This document shows positions 57,410-64,000 of a DNA stretch of 64,000 bases, piece by piece (within the stretch, counting starts at the first letter, position 1; each line of letters begins with the position of its first letter). The notes below the pieces were generated by a model. The model was given only the letters and a program-made list of their open reading frames with translations. It had not been told where the DNA came from and made no database searches. This DNA is from Candidatus Aenigmatarchaeota archaeon (lineage in GTDB: Archaea > Aenigmatarchaeota > Aenigmatarchaeia > Aenigmatarchaeales > Aenigmatarchaeaceae): NCBI GenBank assembly GCA_043802485.1, contig JAZDKZ010000001.1, forward strand, positions 32,001 to 96,000, written 5' to 3'. A program made the translations under genes and the position numbers.

Positions 57410-59790
57410 TAACCAAAGTAAAGCTGAAAAACTGGAGAACGCATTTGGACAGCGAGATCAAATTCGCGGAAGGCACCAACTGCTTTGTCGGGCCGATGGG
57501 CTCTGGCAAGACCTCTGTTATGGATGCCATATGCTTCGGTCTTTTCGGCACGTTCCTTAATCTGCAGCAGAGGAAGGTGAAGCTCGAGGACGTTGTCATG
57601 AAAAAGCCTGTGAAGAAGGACAATGCAAAGGTCACCATCAACTTTGACATCAACGGCTCAGAGTATAGTGTAAAGAGAAACATAACGAACGGCAGGTCTA
57701 CCGCAGAGCTAAGGAAGAACGGTGAGCTCATAGAAGGTCCTCAGGCCACCAAGGTGACAAAAGAAGTGGAGAGAATCCTGAAGATGGATTATGACCTGTT
57801 CACCAGGGCCATATATTCTGAGCAGAACCAACTGGATATGTTTCTTACTATACCCAAAGGGCAGAGGATGAAAAAGATAGACGAGCTGCTTGCGATAGAC
57901 AAGTTCGAAAAGGCAAGGCTGAACACAAAATCGCTGATAAATAGATTTTCGGACCTAACGAAGGAAAAGAAAAGGCTGATAGAGTCCTTGAAGAATGATG
58001 AAGGCTTGATGAAAGTCGATACAATAAAGAGAGAGTTCTCCGAGCTCAATGAGAGAGGAGCCAGGATGAGGCAACGGCTCAAAGAGGTCATAAGAAATAA
58101 AGAGATTATAGAGAAGGAATTGGCTAATTTAAAGGGGCAGCAGAAGGCTGTACAACAAATAGATGAGGATGTCAAAAAGTACAAGGCGCTTCTTGAGGTA
58201 ACAAATAGTGACATTGACAAACTGAAAGAGGATCTGATGGAGTTTGCGGAGGCGACCCCTGAGCAGATGCGTAAAGATTATGATTCTGTAACTGAAGAAA
58301 TAAAGAAATACTTTTTCCAGATAGACGCGGAGAAGAAGAACTTTGACGAATTGAAGGGCGAGTATGCAGAGGACAATGCCAAGATAATTCTAATAGAGAA
58401 GGAGCAGCTGCCCAAGCTGGAGAAGGATGTCGAGGAGTTGGCAAGAATAACAAAGGACATCAAAGCCAGTCCATTGAAGAAGCTGCAGTCCCAGCTTGAA
58501 AAGGACAAAAGTAATCTGGAGAAAAAGCAGCTGAAGCTGCAAAAGGCCAGCATTAAGATTTCTGAGTTAGAAGAGTCTATCAAAGAGCTGGACAATGTTG
58601 GTAATGTGTGTCCCATTTGCGACGGCAAGATGACAGAGAAGAAAAAGGCTAATCTCTTGACAAAGAGGAAGGAAAGCATCAAGGACATGAAGAAGGAGAT
58701 AAAGACGCTCCAGCCGGAGATAATCAAGATGCGCAAGTCGATAAACAATTTGGAAGAAAGGATAAGCAACGCGAGAGTGATGGAGCAGAGACTTGAAGAG
58801 ATAAAGGATTCTGAGAAGAAGCTAAAGACTCTATGTGACGAGCTTGGAAAGTCCAAAGCAAAGACCGCTGTTTTTGAGAAGCAGAGAAGGATGTTTGAAA
58901 AAAATCTGGAGATGCTTGAAGCAAAGCACAGGGAAATGCAGGAAAAGCAGAACGATATCAGGCAGATACTTTCCAAGGAGGAGGAGGCTAGTGAGAAGCT
59001 TGCAAGGTCAAAGGATTACGAGCAAAAGATATTTTTGTTGAGGAACGAGAGGGAGAGATTCGTCTCGTTCTCGCCCTCCATACTGGAAAAGTACGAGTCA
59101 GATTACAGCTCTGCTATCGGCCTCAAGGCTGAGGTCGAGACCAACATAAAGAACTTTTCCGAGATAGCTGACGAGAAGAGAAAGCTGTTGCAGGAGATAG
59201 AGAGCAAGATGAAGATGCTGAAAAAGAGCAGGCAGGAGATTGAAATTGTCGAGGGAACGTCAAGGCAGCTGGAGATGCTTGCCAGTGCTCTGTTGGTCAC
59301 GCAGGAGCAGTTGAGAAAGGACTTTGTAGAGTCTGTCAACAAGGCGATGAGCACCATATGGTCCGAACTCTATCCTTACAAGGACATCTACGACATAAGG
59401 CTTGGCATAGAGGACCGCGACTATGTTCTTCAGATGCAGGACTCCACTGGTTGGATTGCTGCTGACGGTATCGCATCGGGTGGTGAGAGGTCGATGGCCT
59501 GCCTGGCCCTGAGAATCGCCTTTTCGCTAGTGCTTGCTCCGCAGTTGAAATGGCTGGTTCTTGACGAGCCGACCCATAATCTGGATTCAAGGGCTGTTGA
59601 TGAATTATCTAACGTACTAAGGGAAAGGATAGCCACGTTCGTTGATCAGATATTCCTAATAACACACGACCCTTCATTGGAGAACGCCGTGTCCGGCTAT
59701 CTTTACAGACTGGACAGAGATAAGGAGAAAGACGGGCACACCAAAGTCAGTCTTGTTTCAGGGCCTGATGACTATGAAAAAAATATTTGA
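57406..59790 (+). CDS. rad50: DNA double-strand break repair ATPase Rad50
   Basis: GPMGSGKT, coiled-coil with CPIC zinc hook, SGGER, LDEPT. Confidence 0.95.
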   Translation: MITKVKLKNWRTHLDSEIKFAEGTNCFVGPMGSGKTSVMDAICFGLFGTFLNLQQRKVKLEDVVMKKPVKKDNAKVTINFDINGSEYSVKRNITNGRSTAELRKNGELIEGPQATKVTKEVERILKMDYDLFTRAIYSEQNQLDMFLTIPKGQRMKKIDELLAIDKFEKARLNTKSLINRFSDLTKEKKRLIESLKNDEGLMKVDTIKREFSELNERGARMRQRLKEVIRNKEIIEKELANLKGQQKAVQQIDEDVKKYKALLEVTNSDIDKLKEDLMEFAEATPEQMRKDYDSVTEEIKKYFFQIDAEKKNFDELKGEYAEDNAKIILIEKEQLPKLEKDVEELARITKDIKASPLKKLQSQLEKDKSNLEKKQLKLQKASIKISELEESIKELDNVGNVCPICDGKMTEKKKANLLTKRKESIKDMKKEIKTLQPEIIKMRKSINNLEERISNARVMEQRLEEIKDSEKKLKTLCDELGKSKAKTAVFEKQRRMFEKNLEMLEAKHREMQEKQNDIRQILSKEEEASEKLARSKDYEQKIFLLRNERERFVSFSPSILEKYESDYSSAIGLKAEVETNIKNFSEIADEKRKLLQEIESKMKMLKKSRQEIEIVEGTSRQLEMLASALLVTQEQLRKDFVESVNKAMSTIWSELYPYKDIYDIRLGIEDRDYVLQMQDSTGWIAADGIASGGERSMACLALRIAFSLVLAPQLKWLVLDEPTHNLDSRAVDELSNVLRERIATFVDQIFLITHDPSLENAVSGYLYRLDRDKEKDGHTKVSLVSGPDDYEKNI

Positions 59791-60247
59791 CGTAGTAAAA
59801 TTGATAGAATCTGTTCTGAGGAAAGAAAATATAGAATGGGTAATAGGCGGAAGCACTAGCCTGCTGCTGCAGGGCATCGAAATAAGTGTTAGTGATATAG
59901 ACATACTCACCGATAGGGAAGGCGCTTTCAGGATATACGAGATACTTGGAGAGTACGGCACAAAACCTGTCGCCTTCTCAGAGAAGGAAAGAACTAAATC
60001 CTATTGGGGCAAGCTTTCGATAGACGATGTTGAGATAGACCTGATGGGAGACTTTTGCAAAAAGGTCGATGGTGAATGGGTCAACTTTTCCATGAAAAGG
60101 ATAAAAGACAAAGAGACTGTTAATCTAGATGGTGTCAATCTTCCTGTCACAAAACTAGAGAGTCATCTGGAACTATACAAAATAATGAAAAGGGAAAAGG
60201 ATATAGAGAAGATTAAACAAATAGAAAAGATACTTTCAAACAAATAG
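59774..60247 (+). CDS. nucleotidyltransferase-fold protein
   Basis: IGGSTS...SDIDI motif. Confidence 0.75.
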   Translation: MKKIFDVVKLIESVLRKENIEWVIGGSTSLLLQGIEISVSDIDILTDREGAFRIYEILGEYGTKPVAFSEKERTKSYWGKLSIDDVEIDLMGDFCKKVDGEWVNFSMKRIKDKETVNLDGVNLPVTKLESHLELYKIMKREKDIEKIKQIEKILSNK

Positions 60248-60301
60248 TAAACAATAAATTCTTGTATTTGGTTTAAAAACTTCTGTAAAGCAAATAATTT
60301 T

Positions 60302-61042
60302 ATGAAGATGAAATTTCTCACTGAGCCTGCCTTGCTTTTGGATAGGACTCTTGTTATAACGGATTTGCATATAGGGCTTGAGCACGAGATATACAAGTCG
60401 GGAATAACCGTGCCTTCCCAATTGGAGAAATTGAAGGAAAGACTGGATAAAATCATAACGCGGACAAAGGCAAAGCATCTAGTCATCCTAGGTGATGTAA
60501 AGCACCAGGTTCCCTCAATCTCTGTGCAGGAGCACAGAGAGATACCAAAGTTTTTTGAGCACTTTTCCAAAATAAAGATTTCCATTGTAAAGGGCAACCA
60601 CGACGGTGGTATAGAGAGGATTGTTCCGAGCAAGGTCAATGTCTATGAGCCAGCGGGTTTCAAAATGGGTGACTTTCTGCTGACGCATGGTCAGGCATGG
60701 CCTGACAAAAACGATTTGGATGCAGAACATCTTGTGATGGGGCACGTCCACCCGGCAGTTGAGTTCTGGACAGGCAACTTCAGATCCATCGAGCCGTGCT
60801 GGCTGAAATGTGACATTGACACGAAGAAGCTTCAGAAAAAATACAAGACTGAAACAAATCTTGAACAAGGAATAGTTATGCCGTCTTTCAACCATCTCAT
60901 AGGCGGCATGGCCTTTAATTCAAAGGATTTTAAGCCGATAGGTCCACTTCTGAATAACAATATTCTAAAATGGAAGAAATCAGAAATCTATCTACTAGAT
61001 GGAACATTTTTAGGCAATCTGAAAAATTTGAAGAAAAGTTAG
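60302..61042 (+). CDS. metallophosphoesterase (SbcD/Mre11-related)
   Basis: DLHIG, LGDVKH, GNHD, GHVHP, MPSFN. Confidence 0.9.
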   Translation: MKMKFLTEPALLLDRTLVITDLHIGLEHEIYKSGITVPSQLEKLKERLDKIITRTKAKHLVILGDVKHQVPSISVQEHREIPKFFEHFSKIKISIVKGNHDGGIERIVPSKVNVYEPAGFKMGDFLLTHGQAWPDKNDLDAEHLVMGHVHPAVEFWTGNFRSIEPCWLKCDIDTKKLQKKYKTETNLEQGIVMPSFNHLIGGMAFNSKDFKPIGPLLNNNILKWKKSEIYLLDGTFLGNLKNLKKS

Positions 61043-61380
61043 ACGTATTGTGTAGGCATTACTAAACTTTGGAATTCATGGAATTCTTTCGGTACATTCC
61101 TTTGTGTCAGATCCGCTTCTACGACTTTATAGTCGCTCTTTATTACTTCTAGTGATTTTTTCTTAAACTCTTTCTCAGCAGCATCAGAAGCTTCTTTTAA
61201 ATTCTCTATGTTTTGTAAAAGAAAATCGAGTATTTTAGCATCTTTTTTATTGAGCTTTTCCCCGAGCCTGTATCCGGCTTCTAAATCAAATTTAGTTAAA
61301 TCTATTTCAGGATGTCTTTCATCTGTAATCTCTCTTAAACCAGGATCAATCCTGAGCCTCATAACATATATGTCTGCCAT
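61039..61380 (-). CDS. hypothetical protein (AT-rich)
   Basis: ORF with GTGAT SD. Confidence 0.55.
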   Translation of the reverse strand: MADIYVMRLRIDPGLREITDERHPEIDLTKFDLEAGYRLGEKLNKKDAKILDFLLQNIENLKEASDAAEKEFKKKSLEVIKSDYKVVEADLTQRNVPKEFHEFQSLVMPTQYV

Positions 61381-61444
61381 TTTAATCACTATAATAAAAT
61401 AACAGAAATTAAATATTTAAACTTAACCCAAGAGAACGAGTAAA

Positions 61445-61738
61445 CTACTCTACTGACTTTGCTGAGCCGCCCTTGCCGATTCCGAGTTGAATGACGTCCC
61501 TGAATTCCTTGGTAAAGGCGTTGGTTACCTCGACTTCTGTGCCGTTCTTTATTTCCTTAGACTGGTCTCCCCAAAGAACTAACTTTATGGAACCCGAGTC
61601 GTCTTCCAGGTTTGCCTCGGTTAGAGTCGTGACAGACCCGAACTTTGTCATGATTTCTCTAGGCTCTGTTAAATCGGTAACTTTTGCTTTCAGATTTATG
61701 CCGTTCATACCGGTTTTCAATTCACTTATTTTTACCAT
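61445..61738 (-). CDS. ssb: single OB-fold ssDNA-binding protein
   Basis: KISELK, LEDDSGSIKLVLW. Confidence 0.85.
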   Translation of the reverse strand: MVKISELKTGMNGINLKAKVTDLTEPREIMTKFGSVTTLTEANLEDDSGSIKLVLWGDQSKEIKNGTEVEVTNAFTKEFRDVIQLGIGKGGSAKSVE

Positions 61739-61768
61739 GCTATCAATTGTCAACTATTATTTATAAAT

Positions 61769-62182
61769 CTATATAATGCCCCCGACCCAGTAAATCATGA
61801 TCAGCAGAATTAGGATTATCAGGTACTCACCGAAACCACCGGTCTTCACAGGTCCGTTGAATTTGGGCCTCTCCAAAGGCCAGAGAGGCATTATTCCCCT
61901 GTGCGTCAACGAATCGGCAATCAGATGGCTTATAAAGCCGATGGAGAAAACGATTGCAGTCATCCTGTCGAACAAGAAAAACCTGAAACCTATGAAAAGC
62001 AATATCATCAGGAACCATATGTTGTGAAAAACCTTTCTGTGGAACTTTTTGAACTTTGTGTCTATATCGGGTATGAGCACTCCCACGAATGCAAATAGCG
62101 ACATGTAAACGGGAAAGTTGAGAATGAAACCAAATATCAGCAAGATGAAGAAAGCGAATATGAGATGCGTCACTTTTTGCAT
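61769..62182 (-). CDS. membrane-bound metal-dependent hydrolase (YdjM/DUF457)
   Basis: TH, PDID, HRKVFH, SHLIADSLT. Confidence 0.88.
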   Translation of the reverse strand: MQKVTHLIFAFFILLIFGFILNFPVYMSLFAFVGVLIPDIDTKFKKFHRKVFHNIWFLMILLFIGFRFFLFDRMTAIVFSIGFISHLIADSLTHRGIMPLWPLERPKFNGPVKTGGFGEYLIILILLIMIYWVGGII

Positions 62183-62217
62183 AAGAATATATGTTGAAAC
62201 CCATAAATCAATTTAAC

Positions 62218-62853
62218 ATGAAGCCCAAAGCCATACTTTTCGACGTCGACGGTACCTTGGTTCCGTTTGACGGGATAATAAAGCACATACAGAAAGCTTG
62301 CAGGCATTTCAATGTCCGCGTACCTTTGAAGAAAGAGCTTATGGACAATATAATGGGGTACAAGATAAGGGAAAGCATTCCTAAGCTGATTCCAGAGACA
62401 AAGAGCATAATCAAAGAGTTTGAAAAGTATTATGGAGAATCCTACAAAAAGGATGTGGAATCAATAAAGCCCTTTCCCTATGTCAAGCCTATTCTGGACT
62501 GGGTTGAGAGTGAAGGCATGAAAATAGGCATAGTAACCACAAAATCCAATCTCATGGCTAAAACAACTCTTGATCATTACAAGATTCCTTATGACGTTAT
62601 CATAGGTTTTGATGACGTGAAGAACAGAAAGCCGCATCCTGAGCCTGTTATCAAGGCTTGTAAATTATTGAAAATCAAACCAGATGAAAGCATGTTTTTG
62701 GGCGATCATCCGTTTGATATACAATCTGCGAAAAGTGCTGGTTCTGTTGCCGTGGGAGTTCTGGATGGATGGGGCAACGAGACCAATCTGAAGGAAGCCG
62801 GGGCAGACTTTGTTGTGGAAGATTTAAGAAGCTTGAAAAAATTATTAGAATAA
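62218..62853 (+). CDS. HAD family hydrolase (PpaX/Gph-like)
   Basis: FDVDGTL, VTTK, KPHPEP, GD...D. Confidence 0.9.
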   Translation: MKPKAILFDVDGTLVPFDGIIKHIQKACRHFNVRVPLKKELMDNIMGYKIRESIPKLIPETKSIIKEFEKYYGESYKKDVESIKPFPYVKPILDWVESEGMKIGIVTTKSNLMAKTTLDHYKIPYDVIIGFDDVKNRKPHPEPVIKACKLLKIKPDESMFLGDHPFDIQSAKSAGSVAVGVLDGWGNETNLKEAGADFVVEDLRSLKKLLE

Positions 62854-62854
62854 G

Positions 62855-64000
62855 GTGATAAGGTTCAAAAAATTTTACGTGACAACGGCAATAGACTATC
62901 CTAATGCAAAGCCTCATTTGGGCCAGGCCTACGAGAAAATTATCGCAGATGTCATTGCAAGATTTCATAGAGCTAGATGTGAAGATGTCTTTTTCCTGAC
63001 AGGTATGGACGAGCACGGTCAGAAGATAGAGAACGCTGCGAAAAAGTCAGGCAAGTCACCGCAGGAGTTCGTTGATGATATGTCCGTCTTCTTCAAAGAT
63101 TTGTGTGAGAAGCTAAACATAAGCAACGACGACTTTATCAGGACAACAAATAAAAATCATGAAAAAAATGTGACTGAAATACTTGAAAAAGTTTCTGAAA
63201 AAGAAGATATATACAAAGACCATTATGAAGGTCTTTATTGTATTTCTTGTGAAGCTTTCTATACTGAGAAGGACGCTGTCGATGGAAAATGTCCTGTTCA
63301 TAAATCGAAGTTAGAAGTACTAAGAGAAGAGTCGTATTTCTTTAGATTGAGCAAATATAGGGAAAGTATAATAAAATATATAAAAAACAATGAAAAATTC
63401 ATAATTCCAGAATTTAGAAGAAGTGAAATTCTAAACAGACTTCAAGAAGACCTGAGAGACCTTAGCATTTCAAGAACCAACTTCAGTTGGGGAATAACAT
63501 TGCCAGAGAAAATAACAGGAACAGAAAAAGGTCATGTTATTTATGTTTGGTTTGACGCACTAACAAACTACGCTACAGCTCTTTGTGAAGGAGCTTCTTT
63601 TACCCCGTCTAAATTCCAAGCTACTCAGCCGAATGAAGGAAGTAAAAACGAAAAATACTGGCCTCCTGATGTGCAAGTCATAGGAAAAGACATTTTGTGG
63701 TTCCATACTGTTATCTGGCCCGCAATTTTAATGTCTCTTGGTATACCTTTGCCAAAAACAATTCTTGTTCACGGTTTCATAAATATCGGCGGAGAAAAGC
63801 TTTCAAAAACAAGAGGGATTATTGTAGACCCAGATAAAATTGTAGATAAATACGGGGTTGACAGCTTGAGATATTTCCTAATGAGAGAAATTCCTTTCGG
63901 AGAAGATGGAAACTTTTCAGAAGAATCTCTGATAAACAGGCATAATTCAGAGCTGGCAGACACATTAGGAAACTTGGTTAACCGTGTATTGGTTCTTGTC
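62855..64000 (+). CDS. metG: methionine--tRNA ligase (3'-truncated by window edge; not in ORF track)
   Basis: manual translation FYVTTAIDYPN.KPHLGQ, GMDEHG, YVWFDAL, GKDILWFH, KLSKT; open to the window end. Confidence 0.95.
   Translation, partial: MIRFKKFYVTTAIDYPNAKPHLGQAYEKIIADVIARFHRARCEDVFFLTGMDEHGQKIENAAKKSGKSPQEFVDDMSVFFKDLCEKLNISNDDFIRTTNKNHEKNVTEILEKVSEKEDIYKDHYEGLYCISCEAFYTEKDAVDGKCPVHKSKLEVLREESYFFRLSKYRESIIKYIKNNEKFIIPEFRRSEILNRLQEDLRDLSISRTNFSWGITLPEKITGTEKGHVIYVWFDALTNYATALCEGASFTPSKFQATQPNEGSKNEKYWPPDVQVIGKDILWFHTVIWPAILMSLGIPLPKTILVHGFINIGGEKLSKTRGIIVDPDKIVDKYGVDSLRYFLMREIPFGEDGNFSEESLINRHNSELADTLGNLVNRVLVLV

Noticed and set aside
94..63963. Many antisense or alternate-frame ORFs in the track (e.g. 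1221-1877, 5509-6141, 13631-14263, 58278-58976)
   Set aside because: They are shadows of well-supported genes and have no motifs of their own.
1..64000. CRISPR array, rRNA, integrase, transposase or prophage
   Set aside because: I saw no spaced repeats, rRNA-like tract, recombinase motif or duplicated tRNA 3' end.

Overview
Archaeal chromosomal segment, most likely from a small-genome DPANN lineage. Aenigmarchaeota-like is my impression from gene content and cannot be confirmed here. The backbone is core information-processing genes: the spc/secY ribosomal superoperon (uL14 to eL14, cbf5), the tRNA-Ser/S13-S4-S11-rpoD/tRNA-Leu/L18e-L13-S9-rpoN/tRNA-Pro block, rps15-recJ-rps3ae, ppa-rpoE-spt4-S24e-S27ae-kae1, valS, aRF1, aCPSF1-psmB, proS, mre11-rad50 and a partial metG. 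There are five tRNAs (three with introns) and an SRP RNA. I found no rRNA, CRISPR array, integrase or transposase. Short AT-rich accessory ORFs are slotted between the conserved genes, and several are frameshifted or broken by a nonsense codon. The most notable observations are: (1) a 19-aa Ile/Thr-rich leader ORF with its own TATA box directly upstream of a CimA-type citramalate synthase, a candidate archaeal amino-acid attenuator; (2) a complete box C/D guide RNA with compensatory box changes inside the tRNA-Ser intron; (3) an SRP RNA lacking helix 6; (4) a SecY with an extra transmembrane hairpin; (5) unannotated zinc-ribbon microproteins inserted in ribosomal operons, one flanked by a perfect 12-bp junction duplication; (6) a catalytically degenerate pyrophosphatase kept at its conserved locus. 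All family calls come from motif recognition by eye, not database searches.
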